Source: Chloroflexota bacterium (lineage in GTDB: Bacteria > Chloroflexota > Dehalococcoidia > UBA2979). From it: a stretch of DNA of 64,000 nucleotides. The position numbers and the translations under genes are program-made. Positions 49,157 through 58,895 of this stretch are shown here, piece after piece. Positions within the stretch are counted from its first letter, which is position 1; each line of letters starts with the position of its first letter. The stretch lies in the NCBI GenBank assembly GCA_027593235.1, contig JAQCIU010000004.1, forward strand, positions 32,001 to 96,000. Direction: 5' to 3'. The notes beneath the pieces were generated by a model. The model ran no database searches and was not told where the DNA came from. It saw only the letters and a program-made list of their open reading frames with translations.

Positions 49157-50062
49157 ATGCGGATCGTGGTCTTCGGTCAGGCGGCATTCGGGCTCGACGT
49201 CTTCAACGCACTGCGCGAGGCGGGTGAGGACATCGTCGGCGTCTCGACCCCTCGGCAGAAGTCGCGGCCGGATCCGCTGTTCACGGCTGCAGGCGAAGCC
49301 GGCATCCCGGTGATCGAGACCCCCGACCTCCGCAAGGACGAACCGTTCCAGCAGTACCTCGACTTGAAACCCGAACTGCTCGTCTTCGCCTTCGTTACAG
49401 ACATCGTGCGCAAGCGGGTTCTCGATGCCGCAACGCACGGCGCGATTCAGTACCACCCCTCGCTGCTCCCGCTGCACCGCGGCCGTGCGGCGATGAACTG
49501 GCCGATCATCAGCGGTTCGACGAAGACCGGCCTCACCATCTTCTGGGTCGACGAGGGCATCGACACGGGCCCCGTCCTCTCCCAGCAGGAGTTCGCGATC
49601 GAGCCGGCCGACACTATGGGTTCGCTCTACTTCAACAAACTCTACCCGGCCGGCGTGCTGGCACTCGCCGATGGCGTGCGCCAGGTCCGAGAGGGCACCG
49701 CCCCGCGTATCGAACAGGACCACTCGCAGGCCAGCTACGAGCCGCCGTGCGGCCCCGAGCACTCGAAGATCGACTTCATGAAGCCAGGCCCCGTCGTCTT
49801 CAACCTGATCCGCGGCTGCGACCCATCGCCCGGCGCCTCCGTGCAGGACGGCGCGCGTCTGATCCGCCTCTACGACGCCGGCTACCGCCCCGGCGCACCT
49901 GACGAGGCGCCCGGCACCGTAATCGCCGCCGCCGACGGCAGCGTCGAAATCGCCGCGATCGGTGGCTTCATCACCGTCGGCCGCGCCCAGCTCGAAGGCG
50001 AACGCAAGACCGCCGCCGCGGATCTGCTCGCGGTTGGCACCGTCCTCGACCGACCTGCGTGA
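49157..50062 (+). CDS. formyltransferase family protein (10-formyl-THF dehydrogenase N-domain-like / Fmt-like)
   Basis: GQAAFG, QYHPSLLPLHRG, TIFWVDEGIDTG, NLIRGCDP.PGA; TATAAT at 49101-49106. Confidence 0.85.
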   Translation: MRIVVFGQAAFGLDVFNALREAGEDIVGVSTPRQKSRPDPLFTAAGEAGIPVIETPDLRKDEPFQQYLDLKPELLVFAFVTDIVRKRVLDAATHGAIQYHPSLLPLHRGRAAMNWPIISGSTKTGLTIFWVDEGIDTGPVLSQQEFAIEPADTMGSLYFNKLYPAGVLALADGVRQVREGTAPRIEQDHSQASYEPPCGPEHSKIDFMKPGPVVFNLIRGCDPSPGASVQDGARLIRLYDAGYRPGAPDEAPGTVIAAADGSVEIAAIGGFITVGRAQLEGERKTAAADLLAVGTVLDRPA

Positions 50063-50138
50063 GACCCCGCGACGCTAAGGCCGCCCGGCACGGCGGCCCG
50101 GTCGTCCGCGCCGGCGTCGCCGTTGACCGCGGCTGACG

Positions 50139-51404
50139 GTGACGATCATCGGTCGCGCCTTCCGTCCGCTCCGAGAGCACGAACAGCTCCTGATGATCAC
50201 CATCTCCACGGTCCTGGTGATGGCCGGACAGGGAGTCGTCTCTCCGATCCTTCCGGCGTTCGCGAAGAGCTTCGGCGTGTCCACCTTCGTCATCGGGCTG
50301 ACGCTTACCTCGTTCGCGCTCGCGCGCATGGTGTTGAACGTCCCGCTGGGACTGCTCTCCGATCGACGAGGGCGACGGGTGCTGCTGGTCGGTGGGCCGA
50401 TCGTGACGGCGGTCGGGATGTTCGGCTCGGGATTCGCGCCCGACATCTGGCAGCTACTGGCGTGGCGGTTCGTCGCTGGCGCCGGGTCCGCGATGTACAT
50501 GACCGGAGCGCAGATTTACCTCGTGGACGTCTCCACGGCCCAGACGCGCGCGATGTTCCTGGGTACCAACCAGATGGCGATCAGCCTCGGTGTCGCGCTC
50601 GGCCCCGGGATCGGCGGCATCGTCGCGGAGTTCATGGGGCTCCGCGCCCCGTTCCACGTCGTAGGCGCGAGTGCGCTCCTCGCGGGCGCCTACGCCTACT
50701 GGCGGCTGCCCGAGACCCGCCACCTCGCGTACCGCGAACCCGCCCTCGCCGATGGTGCCGTTGCGGCAACGCCGAGCGGTGGACCACCGTGGCTACGGAT
50801 GATGCGGTCGCGCCGCTTCCTCGCCGTCGCGCTCGTCTCCATGATGATCTTCTTCACCCGCGGCGCCTCCCGACAGACCTTGATTCCGCTGATCGCGATC
50901 GACGAACTTGGTTTCTCCACCGGCGCGCTCGGCGGGTTCCTGATGGCGACCTCGTTGATGCTGATGGTGCTGCTGCCGTTGGCCGCGTTCATTGCGGACC
51001 GCTTCGGTCGGACGGCGGCGATCCTGCCGGGTGGGATCGTGGTTGGGCTCGCGCTCCTCGGTGTCGCCGCCTCGCACAGCGTGCCGCCGTTCGTCGTCTC
51101 CGGGCTCGCGCTCTCGGTCGGGTTCGCGATCGCCGGTCCAGCACCCGCCGCCTATGCCGCCGAGATCGCACCGCCGGAGATGCGAGGGCTGGCAATGGGC
51201 CTGTACCGCACCGCGGGCGACTTCGGACTGCTGATCGGCGCCCCACTGCTGGGGTTGATCGCCGATGCACGAGGCTTCGGCTGGGCGCTCGTGACGAACG
51301 CGGTGCTAATGGTTGCGGCTGTCGGGTTCTTCGCCTTCGCCGCCGGCGCGGGACGGGCGGCGCCGTCGACCGAGGCCGAGGTCGCTCGCGGCACCAGCGG
51401 CTAG
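50139..51404 (+). CDS. MFS transporter
   Basis: GLLSDRRGRR and ADRFGR motif A copies; about 12 TM. Confidence 0.92.
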   Translation: MTIIGRAFRPLREHEQLLMITISTVLVMAGQGVVSPILPAFAKSFGVSTFVIGLTLTSFALARMVLNVPLGLLSDRRGRRVLLVGGPIVTAVGMFGSGFAPDIWQLLAWRFVAGAGSAMYMTGAQIYLVDVSTAQTRAMFLGTNQMAISLGVALGPGIGGIVAEFMGLRAPFHVVGASALLAGAYAYWRLPETRHLAYREPALADGAVAATPSGGPPWLRMMRSRRFLAVALVSMMIFFTRGASRQTLIPLIAIDELGFSTGALGGFLMATSLMLMVLLPLAAFIADRFGRTAAILPGGIVVGLALLGVAASHSVPPFVVSGLALSVGFAIAGPAPAAYAAEIAPPEMRGLAMGLYRTAGDFGLLIGAPLLGLIADARGFGWALVTNAVLMVAAVGFFAFAAGAGRAAPSTEAEVARGTSG

Positions 51405-51928
51405 GCCGGCGGCTCGGTCCTGCCCTCGGCTTCCTCGGCATGAGGTCCGAGTACGCCCCAACCGAGTTCCTCGATCAGGTGCTGCTCGTCGGCCGCTGGC
51501 ACACGCAGGAAGAGGGCAGACGCCTCGACGAGCAGCGCGCCCCCGGCGTCCTCGATCGACGATTCGACCTCGATGCGGCGCCCGCGGGTGCGCGCCACGG
51601 CGGCGCGGACGATCAACCGCCCGTCCGGCGCGGCGGGCCGGCGATAGCGGGTCTCCATCTTCGCGGTCACCCCCAGCGCGCGGTGCGACGCGAACATCGC
51701 CCACGCCATCGCCTCGTCGAGCAGTGCGACCAGCACGCCGCCATGCATCACGCCGGGGAAGCCCTGGTGTTCGCGTCGGGGCGTGTAGTCGCAGATCACG
51801 CCGCCGGCCTCGCGACGGAACTCCATTCGCAGCCCCAGCGGATTGTCGCGACCGCATGCGAAGCAGTACTGCTGATAGAGCCGTTCATCGAGGAGCTCGT
51901 CCGAGGACTGGTCGCGAGCGCCGGTCAT
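51401..51928 (-). CDS. PaaI family thioesterase
   Basis: CFACGRDNPLGL, HQG.PG..HGG....LLDEAM. Confidence 0.9.
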   Translation of the reverse strand: MTGARDQSSDELLDERLYQQYCFACGRDNPLGLRMEFRREAGGVICDYTPRREHQGFPGVMHGGVLVALLDEAMAWAMFASHRALGVTAKMETRYRRPAAPDGRLIVRAAVARTRGRRIEVESSIEDAGGALLVEASALFLRVPAADEQHLIEELGWGVLGPHAEEAEGRTEPPA

Positions 51929-51941
51929 GGTCGGCCTCCCG

Positions 51942-52337
51942 CTACGCGAGCGGTGCGCGCGCCGTCCCGGTCAGCAGCACGGTCCCGTGCTCGTCTTCGC
52001 AGCTCACCTCGTAGCGCGCGACGCCGTCCGTCACCTTCTGAAGCTCCGCGCGGGCGGTCACCGTGATCGGCGGCAGCGCGGGCGCACGCCAGCGCACCTT
52101 CAGGTGGCCGCCAGCCGCCCAGCGCTCACCAAAGGTGTTCGTCATCGCCTCGGACACCAGCGACAGCACCAGCATCCCGTGCGCGATCGGCTGACCGAAC
52201 TGGGTAGCTGCCGCCTCCGGAGTCTCCAGGTGGATCGGGTTGGGGTCGCGCCCGCCCGCCGCGTAGCGGTTCACACGCGGCTGATCGATCAGGCGGGTGA
52301 CCGGCAGCACCTCGGGGCCGGAATGCAGGTCGCTCAT
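51942..52337 (-). CDS. MaoC family dehydratase (catalytic D-x-N-P-I-H subunit)
   Basis: YAAGGRDPNPIH, IAHGML. Confidence 0.85.
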   Translation of the reverse strand: MSDLHSGPEVLPVTRLIDQPRVNRYAAGGRDPNPIHLETPEAAATQFGQPIAHGMLVLSLVSEAMTNTFGERWAAGGHLKVRWRAPALPPITVTARAELQKVTDGVARYEVSCEDEHGTVLLTGTARAPLA

Positions 52338-52771
52338 TCGGCGAGCAGATCTGGGTCGACGCCCTCAGGAACCAGCATCACCGTCGTGCGGCCGCGACCA
52401 ACGACCGCGTCGCGTGCGCGCAACTCGATCGCGAACACGACCATGCGCGCACCGCGCCGCTCGGAGTTCGAGACGACGACGATGCTTACCTCGACGCTCT
52501 CGCCGATCGGAACCGGCGCGACGAAGTCGTACTCCTGGCCGGTGTGCACCAGGCCACCCGGCACCTTGAACCGATCCATCAGCCCACCAAGCGCGAAAGC
52601 GCCGAGCGCGAGCGGGGGCACGTAGCGACCCCACAATTCGTTTTGCTCGCCGGTGGCGCTCAGATAGAGCGTGACATCGTCGGCATTCACCAGGAGATAG
52701 AAGGAAGGCAGCGCGTAACCGCGCTCAAGGGTCGCAAACTCGCCCTTTGTCTGCGATGGGGCCTCGGGCAC
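52334..52771 (-). CDS. MaoC-like hot-dog protein (HadA/FAS1-N-like partner)
   Basis: YL.ATGE, VPP, LVHTGQEYDF..PV..G; ATGA-coupled to the MaoC gene. Confidence 0.75.
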   Translation of the reverse strand: MPEAPSQTKGEFATLERGYALPSFYLLVNADDVTLYLSATGEQNELWGRYVPPLALGAFALGGLMDRFKVPGGLVHTGQEYDFVAPVPIGESVEVSIVVVSNSERRGARMVVFAIELRARDAVVGRGRTTVMLVPEGVDPDLLAE

Positions 52772-52778
52772 CGCGCCG

Positions 52779-53126
52779 TTAACCCTCGACCGTCTCGACG
52801 GTCATGTGCGATCGCCCCCATGCGGCCAGTGGCTTCATCGCCACCGCCAGTTCCCGCCCGCGCGCGGTGAGTTCGTACTCCACCCAGGGCGGGTTGGTCT
52901 CCACGATCTCGCGGTGGACCACGCCCACCTGTTCGAGTTCTTTGAGACGGTCACGTAGCGTCCGCGAGTTGCATCCGCCCACCCGCTCCGCCAGTTCGTT
53001 GAAGCGCCGCTTGCCGCCGGTCAGTTCGTAGACGATGTGCGGAACCCACTTCTGACCGACGAGCGCCAGCGTCGTGCGCACCGGGCAGAACTCACCTTCG
53101 CGGGTCTGGGTCAGCTTTGCTTCCAC
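52779..53126 (-). CDS. HxlR family transcriptional regulator
   Basis: CPV...L..VGQKW, KRRFNEL, RLKELE..G, PP.VEYELT.RG; GGAG before GTG 53126. Confidence 0.9.
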   Translation of the reverse strand: MEAKLTQTREGEFCPVRTTLALVGQKWVPHIVYELTGGKRRFNELAERVGGCNSRTLRDRLKELEQVGVVHREIVETNPPWVEYELTARGRELAVAMKPLAAWGRSHMTVETVEG

Positions 53127-53196
53127 CGTGGCATCTCCATCAGCGACGCTAGCGCACGCCGATGTGGAGCGTCCATCGGCCCGCGGGCGCGGCAAG

Positions 53197-53646
53197 CTAG
53201 CCGAGGTGCGCCAGCACCTCGGAGTGATCGCGGGTCTCGGGCAGCGAGTCGCTCTTGGTGGTGTAAACGACCTCCCCGGCGGCGTCGATCACCACGGTCA
53301 GCCGGTTCGCCACGCCAACATCTTCGTTCCACGTACCGTAGAGACGGGCAACGTCGCCCTTCATGTCGGCAAGCAGTGCGTGGTCCAGGTTCTGCGCGTC
53401 CTTGAAGGCCTTGTGCACGAAATGGCTGTCGCGGCTGATCCCGAGCACCGTCGCGCCCTGCTGACCCCAGTCCTGGTGCTCGTCGCGGATCTCGCAGTGC
53501 TCGGCGGTGCACGGCGGCGAGAAGTCGAAGGGGTAGAACATCAACACCACAGGCTTGCCGCGGAGCGCGGAGAGGGTGACCGGTTCGCGGTCCTGGTTCG
53601 GCAGGGTGAAGTCTGGTGCGCTCTGGCCAACCTCGATCGTCATCAC
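53197..53646 (-). CDS. peroxiredoxin (AhpE/PrxQ-like)
   Basis: APDFTL, FYPFDFSPPCTAEHC, GISRDS, catalytic Arg in ANRLT. Confidence 0.9.
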   Translation of the reverse strand: MMTIEVGQSAPDFTLPNQDREPVTLSALRGKPVVLMFYPFDFSPPCTAEHCEIRDEHQDWGQQGATVLGISRDSHFVHKAFKDAQNLDHALLADMKGDVARLYGTWNEDVGVANRLTVVIDAAGEVVYTTKSDSLPETRDHSEVLAHLG

Positions 53647-53792
53647 ACAATCCCTTCATGTTCGGTCGAACCAGCCACGAAACTCGCCTCAGTGGCAGGA
53701 CGCCCGGAATGTTCGTCGTGCCTCGATCATAGCAACGGCCGATCGAGGTAGGTCGAGATGGCCCGAGGCGCCCGCAGCGGTGACGTCGACGC

Positions 53793-54239
53793 CTACCGCC
53801 CGTCGTCGCCCTCGAGGCCGAGCGCCGGAACCACCATGAACGTCCCGCTCGCCGCGCCGACGAGTTCGTCGCGCTCGTCGAACAGCTCCGCCGTGCAATG
53901 CGACAGGGTGCGCCCGCGACGGACCAGCCGTCCGACTGATCGCAACGTCCGGCCGTGCGCCGCACGCAGCCAGCGCAGATCGAGCTGGGCGGTCACCGCG
54001 CGCTCTCGCTCCACCTCGATCATCGTGCGAATCGCACCACCCATCGAGGAGTCCGCCACCACCGCCCACATCCCGCCGTGGAGAACGCCGTCGCCGTTCA
54101 GCAACTCGTCGCGGACGGTGAGCGACACCTCGATCCAACCGGCGCCACCGCCGGTGATGTCCAGCCCGAGGTAGTTGTAGGACGGGCTGATCATCGAGCG
54201 CGCACGCTCGAGGGCGAGCGCATCGGAGACCTCGGTCAT
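53793..54239 (-). CDS. PaaI family thioesterase
   Basis: LLNGDGVLHGG....ADSSMG; ATGA-coupled to the metal permease. Confidence 0.88.
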   Translation of the reverse strand: MTEVSDALALERARSMISPSYNYLGLDITGGGAGWIEVSLTVRDELLNGDGVLHGGMWAVVADSSMGGAIRTMIEVERERAVTAQLDLRWLRAAHGRTLRSVGRLVRRGRTLSHCTAELFDERDELVGAASGTFMVVPALGLEGDDGR

Positions 54240-55102
54240 GCGTCACGCCCGTCCGCTGCCGCGTGCGGGATCGCTGCGGTCGGCGCAACGCGACGGCGAG
54301 CCGTCGCCGCCAGCGTCACCGCGAACGCCGCGCACGCGACCAGCACGATCGCGGGGCTCGTCGCGACATTCGCATGGAACGACAGGTGGAGCCCGACCAC
54401 CGAGGATGTCGCGCCGAGGGCGACCGCCAACACCATGATCTGCTCGATCCGCCTCGCAACCAGCGAGGCGGTCGCCGCGGGCACGATCAGCATGGCGTTC
54501 ACCAGCACGATGCCGATCGCCTTCAGGGCAACGACGACCGCGACCGCGATCAGCACCAGCAACGCGTACTGGAAGAACCGCACCGGAACGCCGACGGTGG
54601 CGGCCATGGAGGGGTCGTAGGCAACCATGCTCAGCTCGCGGCGGAAGGCGGCGACGAAAGCGAGCGTCGCTGCGCCGAGGAGGAGTGCGCCGAGGAGGTC
54701 AGACTGCGAGACGCCGAGGATGTTGCCGAAGACGAATGAGAAGAGGTCGGGGGTGTAGGAGGTGCGGCGCGAGATGACGAGGATGCCGAGCGAGAACATC
54801 GCGACAAAGAGGATCCCGATCGCGGTGTCGTAGGAGACGCGACCGCGCCGCTGCGTCCAGCCGATCCCGAGGGCGGTCGCGACGGCCGCGATAAGCGCGC
54901 CAAGGCTGACGTTGGCGCCGTTGACGAAGGCGATCGCGACGCCGGCGAGCGTGCTGTGCGCGAGTGCGTCACCGGAGAAGGCTAGGCCCTTGTGCACGAC
55001 GAAGGTTCCGACGACGCCGCCGACGACGCTGACGACGAGCAGCACCAGCAGCGCGCGGCGCATGAACTCGAACTGGTAGGGATCGAGGATCCAGTCGATC
55101 AT
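54236..55102 (-). CDS. metal (Zn/Mn) ABC transporter permease
   Basis: FMRRAL, GDALAHSTLAG, DTAIG, FVFGNIL, G..LV.AMLIVPAA. Confidence 0.93.
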   Translation of the reverse strand: MIDWILDPYQFEFMRRALLVLLVVSVVGGVVGTFVVHKGLAFSGDALAHSTLAGVAIAFVNGANVSLGALIAAVATALGIGWTQRRGRVSYDTAIGILFVAMFSLGILVISRRTSYTPDLFSFVFGNILGVSQSDLLGALLLGAATLAFVAAFRRELSMVAYDPSMAATVGVPVRFFQYALLVLIAVAVVVALKAIGIVLVNAMLIVPAATASLVARRIEQIMVLAVALGATSSVVGLHLSFHANVATSPAIVLVACAAFAVTLAATARRRVAPTAAIPHAAADGRDA

Positions 55103-55117
55103 CTCGCGCCCGCCCGC

Positions 55118-56023
55118 TTACTCACCGGCGATGTGCTCGTCGTAGGCCGCAACTTGCGCGGGTGGGTGGGGGCTGGCGAACTGTGGGGCGAAGGACGCGA
55201 CCTGAAGCAGGTGGCGGTCGAAGGTGCGTGACAGCACGTCCTCGGTGAGGACGGCGGCGGGGGAGCCGGAGGCGATGACCCGCCGGTTGAGGCAGACCAC
55301 GTCGTCCGAACAACTCGCGACGCAGGAGAGGTCGTGGGTCGCCAGCAAGACACTGCGCCCGTCCTGCACGAGCGCGTCGAGGATTTCGAGGAGATCGTGC
55401 TGCACGGCGGCGTCGAGTCCGGCGAAGGGCTCGTCGAGGAGCAGCAGGCGGGAGCCGCGGGCGATCGAACGCGCCATCAGGACACGGCGGCGCTGGCCGC
55501 CGGAGAGTTCGCCCACCTGGCGTGAGGCGAAGCGACTCAGACCGACACGCTCAATCGCCTCGGCGGCGGCCTCGCGATTGGCTCGCGACCAACCTCCGAA
55601 GGGACGCAGGCGCTGATAGCAGCCCATCAGCACGACGTCAGTGACGGAGACCGGGAAATTCCAATCAACGTCCTCGAGCTGTGGCATGTAGGCGATCAGC
55701 GCGCGCGCCTCGCGTACCGGTTTCCCGAAGGCGAGTACCTGGCCGCGGATCGGTTCGACCAGCCCGAGGATCGATTTGAAGAGCGTCGACTTGCCGGCGC
55801 CGTTGGGACCGACCAGCCCCACGATCTCGCCGAGCGGAACGCGCAGATCGACGGCCTCGATCGCCGGCGGCTGGCCGGGGTAGCCGGCCCAGAGATCGCG
55901 AACCTCGAGGGCCAACTCGCCGTGTTCGTGCCCCGGCGGGAGCGGCTCGCGTGCCAGCTCATGATCGCCGAGCACCGTCGGGGCGGATTCCGCCGCGGAG
56001 GGCGACGGTGGTGCAGAGGTCAT
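55118..56023 (-). CDS. metal (Zn/Mn) ABC transporter ATPase
   Basis: GPNGAGKST, YMPQ..VDWNFP, LSGGQRRR, LLDEPF, THDL; His-containing N-terminus. Confidence 0.93.
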   Translation of the reverse strand: MTSAPPSPSAAESAPTVLGDHELAREPLPPGHEHGELALEVRDLWAGYPGQPPAIEAVDLRVPLGEIVGLVGPNGAGKSTLFKSILGLVEPIRGQVLAFGKPVREARALIAYMPQLEDVDWNFPVSVTDVVLMGCYQRLRPFGGWSRANREAAAEAIERVGLSRFASRQVGELSGGQRRRVLMARSIARGSRLLLLDEPFAGLDAAVQHDLLEILDALVQDGRSVLLATHDLSCVASCSDDVVCLNRRVIASGSPAAVLTEDVLSRTFDRHLLQVASFAPQFASPHPPAQVAAYDEHIAGE

Positions 56024-56086
56024 CTTCCAGCCCTTTCCGCGGCGCCCGCGCCGGTGCCATCGGCACGAACGGCGCCGAGTGTAGTC

Positions 56087-57037
56087 CTAGCGCCCGAGGC
56101 CTTCGACCAGCGCAGCCGCGTTCGCTCGCATCAGCTCCGGGTAGCTGGCGACGCCGTCCGCGAAGTTGGAATAGAGCAGCAGCACTTCGACCCCCGTCTC
56201 ATCCGCGACCGAGGTGAGGACTGCCGCGTTGAACTGCGGCTCGCGGTAGATCGCCGGGACGCCGCGCTCGCGAATCAGCTCGATGAGGGCGACCACCGCG
56301 CCCGCGTTCGGATCCTGCTGCGCACCGGCCGGCAGCAGCGTCGCGATCACCTCGAGGTCGTAAGCGGCCGCGAAGTACTGGTACGCGTCGTGCAGCACGA
56401 CGAGCTGCCGATCGCCCTGGGGGATCGTCGCGATCGCGGCGCGGATCTCACCGTCCAGGGCGCGCAGCTCCTCGATGTACGCGGCGGCGCGTGATTCGTA
56501 GCCGGCGCTCGATGCGGGATCGAGCGCGACGAGTTGGTCCCGAATCACTTCGACGTAGGAGATCGCGTTGTCCACCGCGAGCCAGAAGTGCGGATCGCCA
56601 TCGGCGAAGACGAGGTCATCGGGATCGCGGGCTTCGGCTTCGTGGTCGGCGTCATCGTCATCATGCCCACCAGCGAGCGGGGTCAGCCCGGCGGCAACCG
56701 GGACGACGGGGGTCCCATCGGCAACGTTGGCGAGAATGATGTCGAGCAGGCCTTCCTCAAGGTGGTAACCGTTGACGAAGACGATGTCGGCTTCCGCGAT
56801 TGCCGCGGCCGTTGCGGGCGCCGGTTCGTAGCTGTGGACATCGACACCCGCCGGGATCAGCGTCGACACCTGCGCGTCATCCCCGGCAACGGTGGCCGCA
56901 AACTCGGCGATCAGCGCCGTGGAAGCGGCGATCCGGATCGACCCATCGTCAGCGGGGGTGGTTCCCTCGCCGCCACAGGCGCTCGCGGTGACCAGAGCGA
57001 CCAGGAACAAGAGAGCCGTTGCGTGGCGGGACTGCAC
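56087..57037 (-). CDS. metal ABC substrate-binding lipoprotein (ZnuA/TroA family)
   Basis: SAC lipobox, DVHSYEP, His/Asp-rich loop, DPHFWL, LHDAY. Confidence 0.92.
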   Translation of the reverse strand: MQSRHATALLFLVALVTASACGGEGTTPADDGSIRIAASTALIAEFAATVAGDDAQVSTLIPAGVDVHSYEPAPATAAAIAEADIVFVNGYHLEEGLLDIILANVADGTPVVPVAAGLTPLAGGHDDDDADHEAEARDPDDLVFADGDPHFWLAVDNAISYVEVIRDQLVALDPASSAGYESRAAAYIEELRALDGEIRAAIATIPQGDRQLVVLHDAYQYFAAAYDLEVIATLLPAGAQQDPNAGAVVALIELIRERGVPAIYREPQFNAAVLTSVADETGVEVLLLYSNFADGVASYPELMRANAAALVEGLGR

Positions 57038-57050
57038 GGGCGTGCCTTTC

Positions 57051-57088
57051 TGATACTGCATCTCGATCCGTATCGATACTGTGTATCA
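57051..57088. promoter_or_regulatory. two candidate Zur/Fur-family boxes
   Basis: TGATACTGCATCTCG (57051-57065) and CGATACTGTGTATCA (57074-57088), imperfect TGATA-N5-TATCA palindromes just upstream of the SBP. Confidence 0.55.
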
Positions 57089-57133
57089 AGTAGAGATCCC
57101 GTGCGTCAAGACGATGGACGCCCATCCCGAGTT

Positions 57134-57553
57134 CTAGGCGTCGCAGTCGGAGCAGCGCCCGTAGAGCTCGAGGCGATGCGTGTCGATGTCGAATCCGGTG
57201 CTGGTGGCGACGCGTTCGAGTTCACCCTCGAGGCCGTCGCTGGCGAACTCCGTGACGCGCCCACATTCGGTACAGATGACGTGATGGTGGTGATCGGCCT
57301 GGTCATCGTCCGCGAGCTGGTAGACGGCGGTTCCGTCGTCCAGCACGACCTGGCAGATGACGCCGAGTTCCCGCATCAGCTTCATCGTTCGAAAGACGGT
57401 GGCGCGACCGACCGTGGGCGACGCGACCTGGACTTCTTCGGCGGTGAAGTGGTTGCCCAGCACGCGCATGGTGTCGAGCACCGCGCGTCGCGGATTGGTG
57501 AGTCGATAACCGCTACGCGAGAGGGTGCGCTCGATCGGATCGGCTGTGGTCAT
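57134..57553 (-). CDS. Fur family regulator, probably Zur
   Basis: RLTNPR, HFTAEEV, ATVFRT, HHHHVICTECG, CSDC; adjacent to the metal ABC importer. Confidence 0.9.
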   Translation of the reverse strand: MTTADPIERTLSRSGYRLTNPRRAVLDTMRVLGNHFTAEEVQVASPTVGRATVFRTMKLMRELGVICQVVLDDGTAVYQLADDDQADHHHHVICTECGRVTEFASDGLEGELERVATSTGFDIDTHRLELYGRCSDCDA

Positions 57554-57617
57554 GCCGTCATGGTCCCGAGGGGCGTCCCGGTCTGTCAATCAGCGACTGA
57601 TCGGGCATAGTTGTCGC

Positions 57618-58877
57618 GTGGGCAACGCGCAGCGCTGGCGAATCGGTCTCTGGCTATCAATGCTCGTCGGCGTGCTGTACATCGCGTACGGCGCACGCGG
57701 CGCATTGCTGCCGTTTGCCGTGGGCGGGCTGCTGGCCTACGCGCTTGCGCCGATCGTCGATCGCATCGCCGCGGTGATCCCCGCGCGTTCACACCGCGGG
57801 GACGTCTACCGGCGCGGCCTTGCGGTGGTGCTGCTCTATGTGGCGATCGGATCCGCGGCCTTCGTCGCGGGCTCCGCCGCGATTCCGATCGCCGCCGACC
57901 AGGTGACGGAGTTCGTGGACACGCTGCCGGAGACGGTGGATGCCGCCCGCGAGCAGGTCAACGTGTGGCTGGAGGTCTACCGGGAGCGGGCGCCGGCGGA
58001 TATCCAGGAGCGGGTCGACTCGCTCGTCGAGGACGCCACCAACGGCGCCGTGGATGCCGCGACGGCGATGGGACAGCGCACGATCGGGGTGCTGACGGGC
58101 ACGCTCACCGTAGTAGTGGGCTTCGCGATCATGCCGTTCTGGATGTTCTACGCGCTGCGTGATCGCCACTTCGTACGGAAGAACTTCCTACAGGCGATCC
58201 CGGAGGCGTTCCGGGACGACGGGATCAACCTGCTGCACATCGGTGACCGGCTGCTCGGGCGCTACATCCGTGCGCAGCTACTGCTGGGCGTGGTCGTCGG
58301 TACGGCGGTGGGTGTATCGCTCACGCTGCTGGATGTTCCGCTGTCGCTCGCGCTCGCGGTGATCGCGGGGGTGACGGAGCTGATCCCGATCGTCGGCCCG
58401 TGGATCGGCGCGCTACCGGGACTGCTGTTGGTCGCCGCGACGGAGCCAGACAAGATCGTGTGGGTGGCCCTGGTGTACTTCATGGTGCAGCAGGTGGAGA
58501 ACCTGTTGCTGGTCCCGCGGATCCAGGGCGAGGCGCTGGAGATGCACCCGGCGATGATCCTGCTGGTGCTGTCGCTGGGCGGCGCGGCGTTCGGGTTCAT
58601 CGGGCTGATCGTCGCGGTGCCACTGAGTGCGTTGCTGCGCGAGGTGTTCTGGTACGTGGATCGCCGATTGCGGGGCGAACTGCCGGAGGAGGCGCTGGCC
58701 GCCAGCCACGTCGGCCGGCTCGCGGACGTCGAGGCCCAATTGTCGCACCGCGACCAGCTCCGGCCAGAGCCGCTGAGCAGCATGCTGGCCGTCATGCAGC
58801 CGGCGCTGGCGACGGTCGACTCGGCTGACGGTGGCGATGCGGCTGGCGACGACGATCCCACTGACGAGGACGAGTAG
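57618..58877 (+). CDS. AI-2E family transporter
   Basis: LLPF....LAY.L.P, FYALRD, YIRAQL, ELIPIVGP, QQVEN..L.PRI.G..L.MHP. Confidence 0.92.
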   Translation: MGNAQRWRIGLWLSMLVGVLYIAYGARGALLPFAVGGLLAYALAPIVDRIAAVIPARSHRGDVYRRGLAVVLLYVAIGSAAFVAGSAAIPIAADQVTEFVDTLPETVDAAREQVNVWLEVYRERAPADIQERVDSLVEDATNGAVDAATAMGQRTIGVLTGTLTVVVGFAIMPFWMFYALRDRHFVRKNFLQAIPEAFRDDGINLLHIGDRLLGRYIRAQLLLGVVVGTAVGVSLTLLDVPLSLALAVIAGVTELIPIVGPWIGALPGLLLVAATEPDKIVWVALVYFMVQQVENLLLVPRIQGEALEMHPAMILLVLSLGGAAFGFIGLIVAVPLSALLREVFWYVDRRLRGELPEEALAASHVGRLADVEAQLSHRDQLRPEPLSSMLAVMQPALATVDSADGGDAAGDDDPTDEDE

Positions 58878-58895
58878 CCGCCGACGGCTGCCGGC

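Noticed and set aside
49157-50062. Assigning the symbol fmt
   Set aside because: Motifs differ from canonical initiator-tRNA formyltransferase.
53197-53646. Peroxiredoxin as a second selenoprotein
   Set aside because: The peroxidatic residue is encoded by TGC; no in-frame TGA.
53721-53748. CCTCGATC-N12-GATCGAGG inverted repeat upstream of the peroxiredoxin
   Set aside because: It overlaps a plausible extended -10, but TCGATC words are very common in this sequence, so chance cannot be excluded.
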